Below the pieces are notes generated by a model that worked only from the letters and a program-made list of their open reading frames with translations, was not told where the DNA came from and searched no databases. DNA of 63,416 nt, the filler included, from Reticulomyxa filosa (taxonomy: Eukaryota > Protista > Foraminifera): assembly GCA_000512085.1 (NCBI GenBank). It is 17 parts of 17 records of this genome, joined end to end, with 100 filler letters (N's around TTAATTAATTAA, not from the genome) between each part and the next. Parts side by side here need not be neighbours in the genome. Positions count along the whole stretch, not along the records: positions 37,417 to 39,027 come from ASPP01007336.1; positions 39,128 to 40,198 come from ASPP01035195.1; positions 40,299 to 46,343 come from ASPP01023514.1; positions 46,444 to 47,494 come from ASPP01045445.1; positions 47,595 to 60,219 come from ASPP01019696.1; 12 more parts are not named here. One strand, given 5' to 3'. Positions 37,417 through 50,248 of this stretch are shown here, piece after piece. The translations under genes were made by a program, and so were the position numbers. The stretch's first letter is position 1, and every line of letters starts with the position of its first letter.

Positions 37417-39027
37417 TAGGTTTAAATGAGCATAACAAGCAGTAATGGGAACATCTAATAAATCATTTGTGTCACATCGAATTAAAGACGGCCAAGTAAA
37501 ATATCCAATATCATTACAACCATTTTCTTTTCCTAAAAATTCCTTTTGAATTTTAAAATGCCTAGATTGGATTTCAAGATTTAATTGCGGATTAGAAGCA
37601 AATACCAAAGGGTAAGGTTGTAAAGAAGGTGTTGATAATAAGCAATTCCACATATTTTGTAAACATGATTCAATTAATGCATTTTTTTTATTGTTTATTT
37701 TATCATCTTCTTGCTTTGATGTTGTATTCAAAATTGAATCAAATAAATATGCAAAATTTTCATTTTCTTCGACAATTTGTTCCTTTAATTTCAAAGTAAT
37801 GAATTGTCTTCCTTGTGAATATAATTGTATAAATGATGAATTGAATTGTTGTTGGAATATGGTTTGAAGATGTTTTTGTGCAGTTTGTTTATTTGAAAAT
37901 CCAAATGGTTTTTGTAAATATTCCAATTGATTATCCCAATAAGATTGTACAAATTGATAAGACAATTTTAAAATTGTGAATGACACACAATGCGCAAATC
38001 TTGCCAAAAATATCCCTTTTATCTTTTCATCAGTTTTCGATTGATTCATTATTTCACTTGTCAAATTCAATCGATAATTGCTGCTTATCATTGTGTAATC
38101 CTCCACTATCTTATTCACAAATGGAAATTCACACTCAATATTCACTCCAATTGTCAAGTCATGAACTTTTCCTTTCAATTGTTTCACTTTTTGCGGCAGT
38201 TGCGCATTCATTCTAAATATTTGTATATACATTTACGTTGTAAATGTATGAATGAGTGTGGTGTTTTTTTGTTCTTTCACAAAAATGTGATTAAAAACAA
38301 AAGAGTGAAAAGAAGCATAAAGTAATACTCTTTAAGTTCGTCGAACTGTTTTTTGCAATTTTCCAATTCATTGATTAAAGAATCTTTTTCCAAATTCAAA
38401 GAATTCAATGTGCATCGATATTTTTCGTTTATTGTCATGTATTCATGTAACTTCATTTTAGTTGTATCGAATTGAGTTTTCTGCTGTTGATAATCGGACT
38501 CCAATTGTTTAATTTGATTTTCATATTTGTTTAGTTCAGCTTTTTGTTTGTATATTTCGTCTTTTTGTGTGGCATGTTCATAAGAAAGTCGTTCGTTGTT
38601 TTCAGTCATGCCCTTCATTTTTGCCTTCAAACGATCGATTTGTTCCATATCTTGCTCCAAGTCATTTATTTTTTTTGTTTGTTTCTTGCTTTCATTTTTG
38701 AAATCAATGATTTGTTTTATTTGTTGTTTTTTTTCTTTCTCCAAGTCGGTGATTTGATTCCTTTGTTTGATATTTCCTTCCTTTAGGGTATCGATTTGTC
38801 TCTTGTGTTCTTTGTTTTCTTCTTCAATACTTTTACACTTTGTCTCCAAATTATCATGTCCAGTTTTGTAGCGTTTTAATTTTTCTTTCTTTTCGTTAAT
38901 GTATTCTTCGTTTTCCTCATTTTTTGTCCTTAATTGTTCTTTTTTTTTTATCAAATCCTCTTGTGCACTTTCGAGCTGTTTCGCTTTTTTTTTTTCATCT
39001 TCCAATTCTTTTTGCACTTTTGTCAAT
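37417..39027 (-). CDS. Long coiled-coil protein with MIEAP-like C-terminal domain, truncated at both ends
   Basis: Heptad K/E/Q-rich exon 38323-39027, then an exon with CLQNMWNCLLSTPSL...IGYFTWPSL. Confidence 0.55.
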
Positions 39028-39849
39028 NNNNNNNNNNNNNNNNNNNNNNNNNNNNNNNNNNNNNNNNNNNNTTAATTAATTAANNNNNNNNNNNNNNNNN
39101 NNNNNNNNNNNNNNNNNNNNNNNNNNNATACTTGAACATAAATGGAACTGACGAATCCCCAGTAGGATAAACTTTCTTTTTCCTTTGTCTCTTTCCTTTC
39201 CTTTCTTCTCAATTTACGTTTTACTTATTTAATTTGATTTCGTTTTACGGAATTTACACTTTCTTTAAGTAGCAAACCTCTCGTATTACAGTTAGTGTGG
39301 AATGTTAGAAGCAGACGTCCCACACATCCAGTTTTGTTTTATTGTGGTTACTCGAAAGAACTTTTTTTTGTGTTACATTTAGTCATTAACAGTACTTATT
39401 TTGGCAATAAATTTATCTTTATTTAATTACATAACAATCCTACGTCCTTTCAAATGGACAATTATATACAATGAAGTCCTTTTAAAGAAAAAAGAAGTGA
39501 AAGAGATCAATTCAATATAAATGTTTAGTCACATAAAATGGCACCTTATAGAGATGATTGATTTTCTACATGAAAAACAACATTCAGATCTAATTTTTTT
39601 AAAAAATATCTACAAATCGTGTATTTTTAAATATCATTTTGAATTCAGTTTTTTATTAAATTTTTCCTAATTATTTCAATATTTTATACTTTATTTTTCT
39701 TTTCTTTTTTTTTTTGGTCAATGTAGTTCAATATTTGAGTTTTTTAATTATTTTTTTGGAAAATTGTTAAGCAGTACAATGAAAAAAGCGATTTAACCAA
39801 ATGGTAATTTTCATTAAAAAAAAAAAAAATTAAATCCCACTGGATCATC

Positions 39850-40065
39850 GTTGACTAACTAAAAGTCAACAGGGGTAAATGCCTGCGCGAAAGGGAGTGG
39901 CAGAAATGCCAAAATACTTCCCCTCATCGAGGCTAGGCATCTCATTTCACAAACTCGCACCCACCAAAAGTACGCGAGTAGCCGTAGGCTACAAGCAAGG
40001 CTCGGAAAGAAACGAAAAGGCCCCAAAAGGCCCGAAAACCAACGAAAAGGCCCCCAAAGGCTCAG
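39850..40065 (-). ncRNA. Putative structured non-coding element (copy A)
   Basis: GC-rich island with several inverted repeats. It shares ordered motifs with 47595-47761. Confidence 0.35.
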
Positions 40066-42341
40066 ACTTCAACAAATTTTTGTTTGTTTGTTTTATTTTT
40101 GGTGCAATAGTTTAATTTAAGTTTGTTAGTGGTTCATGCACTTTAATTTAATTGATTTTATCATCGAAGCATATAACATTATAATTTGCTGAAGCCTCNN
40201 NNNNNNNNNNNNNNNNNNNNNNNNNNNNNNNNNNNNNNNNNNTTAATTAATTAANNNNNNNNNNNNNNNNNNNNNNNNNNNNNNNNNNNNNNNNNNNNAC
40301 TTTCTTATTTGTTCATTGTGCGTTAAATACTTTAATATTAGTTAAAATAGTTTTTTTTGAACATTGAATTTTTGTTTTGGTTAAGCGAAACTTTTTTATT
40401 TATTTTAAGATTTAATATATTCATTAGATTTTTAGCTTGACAACATTAAGTCTGTTAGTTTTTGCAATACTTTAAATAACTTGTTAATTATTTGATTTTT
40501 ATATTTGCATACTAGTCGTTGTAAATTTTACAATGTTTTGCAAAATCGCTTTACTTATTTGTTAGATTCAACATTTATTCGCAATGCTTTTTAAACAGTT
40601 TGGTATGCTAGTTTTTAATTTATTTAGTACATTTTTGACAACATAATTTTCTATAATGTATTGAACTGATTAAATGTATGTATATTTAATCAGTTTTTTT
40701 GTTTTGTATTACGAATTGTATTGTTTAAATTTGTATAGTACTCAAGCTGAATATTCTATCGCAAATCGATGTCAATATGAATAAGTATTCGGAGTTGCAT
40801 TAGCGAGCACACGTATATTGTGCTAAGATGTAGTTGTTTATCGACATTTCATCGTGTTAAGTGACATCTACTGCAAAAATGACTTGCTTAGTCTTTTCTG
40901 TTTGTCGTTACGTATTGTTAGTTCTGACATCGTAGTAAACATATCTTTATTCTTCTTTAAGTTTGCATTTGTCTCTTTAGTTAATTCAAGTTATTCCAAA
41001 TGCCTTTTTTGTTTATATTGTTCTGGTTTTATGATATTGTTTTATCAAATTTTTACATTTTGTTTTCAACAGCTTTTTGATTTATATGCTGTAGTACTTG
41101 ATCTGACATAACTCCAATAATATATCGTGCTTCTAAATCACGTTTAACAAACTACATACAAATGCTTATTAATTTATTGTACAATTTCGTCTTCTCGTTT
41201 TCATTTGCTTCAAAAGTACTTTTTACTTCATCCATTAATATAAGTATTTTTGTTTTCACATTTGTACTTATTTTTTTTTTCTTATAAAATTTTTTTTTCG
41301 ATATAACAACATTATATTATATTTACCTTTGAAAGAAAATAATATTATTTGATATATATAATATATTTTCTTGAATTGAATTGATGTTGTTATTGTTATA
41401 ATCAATTTCGCTCTTGATGTCGTTGTCGACACTGTCGTTCGAATATTATCCAAATGTGTTTGTCATTGTGTTTGTTGTTATTGTTGGTTCAGCTGTCTTT
41501 GCTAATGTGTTATGTGTCATAAATGATATACATGCTTGTTGCGACCATTGCAATCTCATTCTTATTCATAATCACCTTCAATCAATGCTCAAATAGCTTC
41601 GTTTGCGAATGCAATTGTGTTTAATTGTAATATCGTCGCTATTGACTATGTTGCTACTATCACATTCACTGTGATTTTTTTGTCTGACTAGCATACATAC
41701 AATGCTTTGCTACCAGCACTGACGTAAGTAGTATACAAAGGAATAACTTATCTTTTGTCACGACAAGCACATTGAAAATGACGCGAATGTGATGGCTTTC
41801 GGCGATTAGAATGACACCAACGTTGTCGAGTTGATTCGCATGCAACTGACGCTGGTCGACATAATCATAATGTTCTTGGTACAACGAACGTTGCAAAACA
41901 GTCGATCCTGTGAACAAGATGTCCCTTCGTTTTGTGTTTGTTGTTTTAGAAGAAAAAAAAAATCAATATAATTTTTTTTGGAAATGTTTTGAAATATACT
42001 AAATTGAGACTACTTTAATCATTGTCCCTAGTCGTTTTTGTAAGATGTTTAAGGTGATATGTTCATATGCATTGAAATGGATGCGTTCATCACAGAAATT
42101 GTTTTTATGAGCCACAGTCTCAGTATAAAGCGGACAGCAGTATGGATGAGAAAAGTGTTACAGTGAACAACGTTGAAGAGAGAAGCATTGTGTTGCAGGC
42201 AAGAACAGCATTGTAATAAGCTCTAAAAAAAAGCGAATAAAAATGGATAAACGACTGAACGAAAGAAAGTGTAAGCAAACCCGAAGCGAATTAAAAGGAC
42301 AAAGAAATAAGAAGAAGTAAGAGGGGGATATTGTCAACTGA

Positions 42342-45300
42342 TCATTGTTTGGCAAGAGCTTTGAGTTTCCTTTGTTTTTTTTTGGGATGAACTTTTTCCA
42401 ACTCTTGTTTTCTTTGTTGAATGATTTCTATCTGTTCCTTTTTTTGTTTTTGCTGAGCCACCCATTTTGCCTTTTCCTGTTGCTGATTTTTGCGTTTGCT
42501 GGAGTCTTGTATAGCCTGCAGACCAGGAGCGGTGATTTTGACATTGGACAAGAAAGTGAGAGAAATTTCCTCGAGTTTCATGGACTTGATGAAGGGCAGC
42601 CATTTGGGATCGTACGCATGTCCCGCGGACATGACATCGAAGCAAAACTGGACACTTTTTCCGCGTTTGGCACTTCCAGGTTGGATTTTGATTTTGAAGC
42701 AGTAGTTGTCTTCATCAGCGAGCGCACTGTAAGGAGCACACATGGGCAGACAATACCACGCCACGTCGTCTTTGCAAGGATTGCCAGTCAAGTATTTGAT
42801 TTCGTTATCAATGTTGCTGCTCATGCGTGACATCATGGCAAGTTCTTCTTCATTGGGTTCATCATCATCACCACCACCACCGGCATTGACAACATCGTCG
42901 CCGTCGTTGTGAGATGGCATTGGCTCGTTCAACTCGTGGCCTAGCGTATCATCATGCTTTTTTTTGTTTTTATCCATTTTTTTGGAATACAACTTCTGTT
43001 GACGCATTTCCTCGCGAAGACGATCCTCCTCTTCTTTTATCTTTTGTATCTCTTGCTGCTTGCTGATCCCCAGCAGCTGTTTGATATACTCCTGGTCGCT
43101 CTGGTCGTACTTCCCGTAGTACTTGCCTCGTTTCTGTCTGCGATTGCGCTCTTTCTTCGATTGCACCTTTTGTCTCGCCTCTTTGTCTTCCTCCTCCTCT
43201 TCACGTTCATCACTCTCTCCAGCATCGTCTTCTTCTTTTTCTTTTTCTTTTTCTTTTTCTTTTTCTTTTTCTTTTTCTTTTTCTTCTTCTTTTTGTTTTG
43301 CTGTTGCATCTTCATCATTTGCATTTTCTTCTTGTTCTTGTTCTTGTTCTTCTTGTTCTTGCTCTTGCTCTTGCTCTTGCTCTTCTTCTTCTTCTTCTTC
43401 TTTTTCTTCATTTGGCTTAGATTTTACTACTTGTGCTTTTTGCTGAACATCCACCGATGCTGCATTTTGACCAACCAACTCCTTTTTCTTTTCGAGCAGA
43501 TCCAAGTCTCTCGTTTCCAATCCGTACCGCTTAAACTTCTTATCTGCCTTTTTTTGGAGTCGCTTTTCTTTCTTTGTCATGTTCTTCAATGCTTCCTTTT
43601 TTATCTTTGCGTCTTGCTTTCTTTGCGCTTTTGCGTTCTGATTCACTAATGTGCGCGCAATACTAATCTTTCGCTTCTCTTCACTCATTGTCAACAACAC
43701 GTCTTCTTCCTTCTTTTCCTTGCTTGTTGTCGTGCTGTCATCTTTCGCATCGCCGTCGCCGGTGGTGCTACTGCTGCGCGCTTCCTCATTTCGGGGCTTG
43801 CGCTCGTGGCTATGATTTTTCACGTACGAGGCCTCGTCTACTCGGAACAACAGGGTCAGACCCATCGCCAATGGCGGTTCCATCAAAATGTTTTTCTTCC
43901 CGGTGATTGCAAACACTCCGGATGACAAGTACCCGTCTTTTGGCGAGTGCTTTGACACCTGTCTTGCATACACCCAATACGCCGGGCAAGACACCTGGTT
44001 GTTCCAAGCCGCACTACGTGCGACACACATCGTCGCCGCCTCGTTCAACGTCCGCTCAGGCACGACGCCACCACTGGGGTTCTTGATCACCACCGAGGAA
44101 GCACCACTTTACATTATGGCAACACCAAAATAAACATTTTTTTTTTCGTTTTACACTTAATAAAAAAAAAAAGAGATATTTGATTTTGATTGGTTGCGCC
44201 CAAACACATGACGCAACTCAATTTGAGCGTGAACATAAATATCTTTTTGCTTGTCCATGTAACGCTTCACCTGTGCATCCAAAAAAAAAAAAATTGGTTT
44301 CATTCTATTTTTGCTTATTTTTTTTTTTTTTTTGTTATTATTAATGAAATCTTTAGAAAACGAAAGTACGACACACAAAATACACAACGTAACAATCAAT
44401 TCATTTTGTTGCGTATCTCTCCCGGAAATGATCAAATAGTTTTCAGAAGAGATGAAAAAGTAAAACTTTTCAAACCAATAAACCTTTCTAAGTTTGACAA
44501 TTGACATGGTTTGTTTGGCCTCTTCCAACATCTCTCTGGTCCGTTTTTTGGCCGCTTTTATCGCTTTGTTGGTGGCCTCAAGCGTTTTAAGTTTTTTGTC
44601 GGCGACCTGTTTTTTCAAGTTGTAATAGCGTCTGGCGTTGTTCCACGCGCTCAATCGCAGTGACACCTCGACATTGTGATACTCTGTTTTGATAGTCCAA
44701 TCTTCCAGCTTCGCATCTTTGCGGCGTTTCTTTTTATGGGAGGGGTCGGTGTCACTGTCTTCTTCGTCATCCTTGCTTCACCAAACATATCGGAAATGTC
44801 ACTCTCACTGAAATTGCCTTCGTCATCATCATCATCATCCTCTTCTTCTTCATCATGTTCCTCATCCTCCTCTTCTTCATTGTCTTTTGTTGAAGCAGGT
44901 GGTATTTCGATTCGATGAGGCAGCTTCAGTTCAATGACGGATTCGTGCAACTTCAACACGCTAATACTTTGTGCAAGTGGGTTTCCAAACATTACCTCTT
45001 CGCGAATGCGCGCTTCCAGGTCATTCCAATCAATCCCTTGGGTCAGCAACACGTTGATCCCGTCAATACACCCATCCACCAATTCCAAGTTTTCTTGGAT
45101 TAGTTGTGCCATCCATTCGTAATTGTCGGCCGACTTCTCCAACTCGTCCACTCTCTCCATGTGTTGCTCTTTGGCCTTCTCCAATTTCTCCCATGCCATC
45201 GCCTCTGAACGTGCCTGGTCTACTTCTCCCTTCATCGACTCGGTGCTGGAATAAAACTCGTCCACGCATTTGTTGAAACTTTCAAACTCGTCCACTTTTA

Positions 45301-45782
45301 TCGTTTTTGCGTTTTCGTATGTTTTCGATCGATTTGCTTCGTCAGCCAATTTCCGTTTCTCTTCTTGCTCTTGTTCTTGTTCTTGTTCTTGTTCTTGGTC
45401 GTCTAGAAATCCACCAAAACGATTCAAATCGACAGGTAAAAACTCTTCGTAACACCATTCGAGTTTTGTAGTCGCTTTGCCTTTGGTGGCAGTGTCAAGC
45501 GTCTTGGTGTTGCTGTTGTCTTTGTTATCGGATTGAGTGTCGTCTTTCCACAAGTTCAAAGCGCGGGAAATGATAAAACCTTTGCTGGGATGAGCAGCCA
45601 ACTCGGCCAAAATGGTCTCGTAGAGTTCAATGCATTTCCAAATGTTCGAGAATTTGTCTTGGCTTAACGTCATGGCCATCATTTTTTGTTCATTGGTCAT
45701 GCCTTTGTATTTGATTTTTGCTACACGTTTTTTGTTGTTTTTATTATCTTCATTGTCTTCATTGTCTTCATTGTTGTTGTTT

Positions 45783-45817
<35 letters not shown>

Positions 45818-46216
45818 CTCTTCGTCTTCGTCGTCATCTTGACCCTGACGGAATTTCGGAATAGGCTTGCACAGCAGCGAAGTCAAAGGGTCTTTCAAGC
45901 GAACCGACTGAGCAGCTGCCTTCACGATCGATTGCGCAATGATCGGAGAGGTGCTCATGGTGGCGTAGATGAACTCCCCGACATTTTGCATCCCCGTCTG
46001 CTTCCTCGCCCGTCGTTGCTTGCGTTTCGACAGCGCCTGTCCACCGGGCTTTGCTCCTCCGTCTTGCAGCTCCTCTTTCTGCTGTTGCAGCAGCAGTTTC
46101 ATCAACTCCTGGCGCAGCGACAGTTCCACGTTCTCACGCGTCTGTCTGATGTCAGGAGATACCAGCGAGTCCATCGGATATTTTTCTTTCGATCGAATCA
46201 CAATCTGTTCGTACAT
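42342..46216 (-). CDS. NEMF: Ribosome quality-control factor NEMF/Rqc2, 5'-truncated, multi-exon
   Basis: FESFNKCVDEFYS, SAWNNARRYY, WFEKFYFFISSENYLIISGRDTQQNE, YVHA, AYWVYARQVSK, LTGNP..PMCAPYSAL..KIKIQPG..KRGK. Confidence 0.95.
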
Positions 46217-47594
46217 AGGTTTTATTATTGTTGCTATTATGCGTTGTTCAAAAAAAAAAGGGGGGGGGGGAATTCACCCGCGTTCACATAAGATATCATA
46301 TACATTATATTATACATTTATATATATATATATATATATATATNNNNNNNNNNNNNNNNNNNNNNNNNNNNNNNNNNNNNNNNNNNNTTAATTAATTAAN
46401 NNNNNNNNNNNNNNNNNNNNNNNNNNNNNNNNNNNNNNNNNNNTTGAACCATTTGAGCCTATGATATGATAAGGAAAATGTATTGATTTTTTTTTAATAT
46501 TTTGAAAATATTTATTTCTATAGTGGTGACAAAGACCAAAAAAAAGAAAAGATCAAACAAAGAAACTGGCACAGACTGAATGAAAACGATAACGAAAATG
46601 AAAATGACAATAAAAAAATGTAGAAAATGCCAACGAAGCTAAGTCGATTCAAGAGTTATTGATGATCGGCATTGGAAAAAGAAAAAGATAAAGGTCAAGG
46701 TGGTTGTGTAAACTTTTGATGATGTAGATATGTCCAAAAAAATAGTTTCTATGTTGTATAGTTGGAACACTTATATTTCTTTTGGTTTAGTTACAATATG
46801 TGAAATCATTCTTTTTTGATTGCCATATAGATTAAAAGATAAGATTATCTCAAAAACTGTGCGACATAAAAAGCAAATTTTTTGATATATCCACACTATT
46901 TCAAGTTTACAAAAATAGAAACATGTAAGTGAAACTTGTCATGTTAATAAGCAATCTTTTTTTCATACTGAAATTTTGGAAATTCATAGTAAATTACAAC
47001 ATTTTAAATATTTTTAAAATGTTATTGTTAAAAAATTTTTAAAGAAATATTGGGTTTTCATGAATAAATTGCAAATATTTGTAAGGTAGTTTTTGCAAAA
47101 TTTTGTAAATGATTGTTTCACAATTGGCACAATTTCTGATTTGCTATACCCCATGGAAACATCTAGAGAGTTAATTAAGTGTGGTCCTTTTTGTAATTGA
47201 AATACAATATATCTAGAGAAACTAAAAATGGAACAATGAAGTGGAAATAGTTCCACGCAACCGTAATGAACAAAGTCGCACAGCATATTTAGAATAAAAA
47301 CTAAAAGAACAATATTTGTGCATTCCAAGATTTAGAAAACTTTTTCTTATATGCATCTACGAGAGTATCTCCTTTCGAATATCCAATATTTCTGAGAACT
47401 TCATCAGAAACCAAGTTTGTCAATTGATCTGAGCCCTTTTCTGAATTAATGCATCTGCCGTTTGTGACACGAGCTATTTCTCTAAAACTTTGTTNNNNNN
47501 NNNNNNNNNNNNNNNNNNNNNNNNNNNNNNNNNNNNNNTTAATTAATTAANNNNNNNNNNNNNNNNNNNNNNNNNNNNNNNNNNNNNNNNNNNN

Positions 47595-47761
47595 GCCTTT
47601 TTAATGGCTTTAGGAAACGGCTTGCTTATATGGTACTCTCCTTGTTTCGCTAGTGACAGCGCTATTTGCAAGGGTTAAAGAGGTGCGGATTACTAAATTG
47701 TAATTCGATTTTTGTGAATGTGGGAAGGGGCAGCGAAAGTGTGGTTGACTAAAAAGCCGAC
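47595..47761 (+). ncRNA. Putative structured non-coding element (copy B)
   Basis: GC-rich island with nested stems. CTTGCTT, TTTGTGAATG and a GTTGACT hairpin occur in the same order as in copy A. Confidence 0.35.
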
Positions 47762-48263
47762 TTGTTATTTTTTTGGCTTGTTTTTTTTGTGATTTTGGGA
47801 ATTTCGTTTCATTTGAGTTTTGTGCGGTGAAAAATTGTTCTTTTTTGTATTGATTGTTTTAAATTTCATTTGATTTGTTTATATTTTGATGACAAACATA
47901 ATAATTGCACGCTCATCTAAACAACTAACTTCAATAAACATGCATAGATCATCCAATCATGATGTGACAATGCATGATGCCATCCCTCCCAAAATAAAAA
48001 AATAAAAAAAAAATAATATTTCAAATTTTATTTTAGAAAATTCTGCTGATACTTAATGGTTCAGGAGAATTCCTGAGTATAAAAGAATAATATTGTGGAT
48101 GTATGGAAGTACTATCCTATTCTGGGTAGGAAAACATTCACAGTAAAAAGAAGAACTTGATTCACAATTCTTGTATATATATTTTTTTTTTGTAAGACGA
48201 CAGAAATAAATGCTGATTTGATTGTGTTTGTGCATGAATGTATATTATGGCTATATCTTTTGA

Positions 48264-48596
48264 ATGAAAAAAGATGATATGCGATTTGAACACTTTTGTG
48301 ATATGTTGTTTGTCGGAAAAGATATCTTGAAAGATCATTTGAAGGTGTTTCCTCATTTAAGAGACATGAGTATGCCTTTTCCGCCTTATGTGAATGATAA
48401 AATCTTTGGTCAAAATTTTGCAGTGAGTGAGCAATCTACTCAAACTCTTACCAATTGGAACCAGTGGGACATTCAATTATATCAGTTTGCAAAAAAAATC
48501 ATGTTTCAGCGTTTACAAGCTGTTGTTCATCCACAAAATCATACTTTAAGTTTAAATTTAAACGATATTTTCTCTCAATGGAATTGTGTTTTTTAA
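48264..48596 (+). CDS. Sulfotransferase-like C-terminal fragment
   Basis: WNQWDIQLYQFAKKIM matches the N..D..LY..A...F tail of membrane sulfotransferases. No PAPS-binding motif was found. Confidence 0.45.
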   Translation: MKKDDMRFEHFCDMLFVGKDILKDHLKVFPHLRDMSMPFPPYVNDKIFGQNFAVSEQSTQTLTNWNQWDIQLYQFAKKIMFQRLQAVVHPQNHTLSLNLNDIFSQWNCVF

Positions 48597-48881
48597 TTTA
48601 GATTCAAAACCACGGTAAGTGCATTTTTTGCAGCAGAAAATAGTCGCAAAGTTTTTATCCGAAATTTGATGTAATGTTGAAAGTATCGTCAAAGACTGGG
48701 ACAAAGGCTTTTTGATGACATTATAGTATAAATTCATATGATTTTACTTGTTACAACAATGCGCACGTTCACCGACACGAACACTTGTTGGTTTCATCCA
48801 AAAATTCATTAATTTAAAAAACAAAGAAAAAGAGGGAAAAAACATTTTGCATTCGAAAGGCTCACCTTCATTGATCATTGG

Positions 48882-49880
48882 TCACATGTTGTGCAGAACG
48901 TCATTGTGTGTTCTCTTTTTTTTTTCATCCTTTGCGTCGTCATCAAATGAAAAATTCAATCCCAAAGGATCACTTTCCTTGCGAAACATAGTTAAAAGGG
49001 GATACATTTTTCGAAAGGCAGTTTCGGCATCAGCAAGAGACTTTGTGCCTGTTATCACTACCTTTCCGCTGACAAATACCAGAAGACACGCTTTTGGTTC
49101 ATTCATTCTGTAAATTAACCCGGGAAACAACTCTGGTTCATACTATTGAAAAAGAGGTATTTTCAAATCTTCTTCTTTATTATTATTCACTTTCTTATCA
49201 TATTATTATCAAACGACTACACCAATCCATAAAAGTAGGATTTCAAGCAGTCCTGGGAAAGAGAAAGAAAAATCTTAACTGAAGACAATTCTCCATGTTC
49301 GCTAGCAATTCCCTCCAGTCGAATTGGAAAGCCACAGTCACAACACGCCATTACATTTTGGATTTTGAAATCTTTGAACTCGGCTTGGAATCCCAACTTT
49401 TGAATAATACGTGCATATTTTCGGGCTGCTAGCCTTGCATCGTTTTCAGTTCGAGCCCCTGTCACTATTACTTTTCCTGTGTGGAATATCAGCGCAGTGG
49501 ATTTTGGGTCTCTTATTCTCATCACCACTGCCGAAAATTTCTGCCGTTCTCCAGTCCGGTGTATTTATCACCATCCACATAACATTCAACCCACATTTTT
49601 TACTTGTACCAAGAGAGAAAAAATTAAAATTAATAAATAAAAACAACACAAAATTTACTTTTGGGTCGTACTCCGCATTTCTGGAACGGGTTACTATTTC
49701 TTGTGGGTCCAATTTACATCCAACATCAACTGTAGCGACCACGTTCCTGGAATGTGTAGAGAACAAACAATTGAATGGTCATCAAATATTCTACCCTCTC
49801 TTCGACAAACCTGGCTTTTGGCATTTCCCGGGGTTGATCCCAGCCTCCAAGTCCGCTTAGTAAGTCCAAGTGTGTCATGT
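48882..49880 (-). CDS. TBP: TATA-box binding protein
   Basis: [17 protein letters not shown] | [29 protein letters not shown] | [26 protein letters not shown]. All four DNA-intercalating Phe are present; the 5' end is uncertain. Confidence 0.97.
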
Positions 49881-50248
49881 GGATCTATTCTGATTAAAAT
49901 GAGATTAATACTATTTCAAATTCTTTTCAGGGGAAGTTAATATTGGACTGATCACTTTGAGATTATCAAGTTAAAAAATTCCCAGTGTTACCCCCCTCAA
50001 GAACACAGTTAGCGTAAAATATTGTTTAAAAATTCAGTTGCAAATTAATATGAGCTAAAAAGCTAAACAAAGATTTGTGAACACTGAGCACAATCCAAAA
50101 ATAAGACACTGTTAAAACAATATGAAATTGAAGGTTAACTACTCAAGGTTTTTCAAGTTAAAAAGATAATATTTTCATATTTAAGTTGGAGCAAAAACTA
50201 AGCACAATGACCAGCATGGTAAGTTTTTTGTATTAGATAATATTTGAA

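Noticed and set aside
42954-43649. Phe-rich or poly-Lys ORFs as membrane or basic proteins
   Set aside because: They are antisense or alternative-frame readings of the Glu/Lys low-complexity inserts in NEMF.
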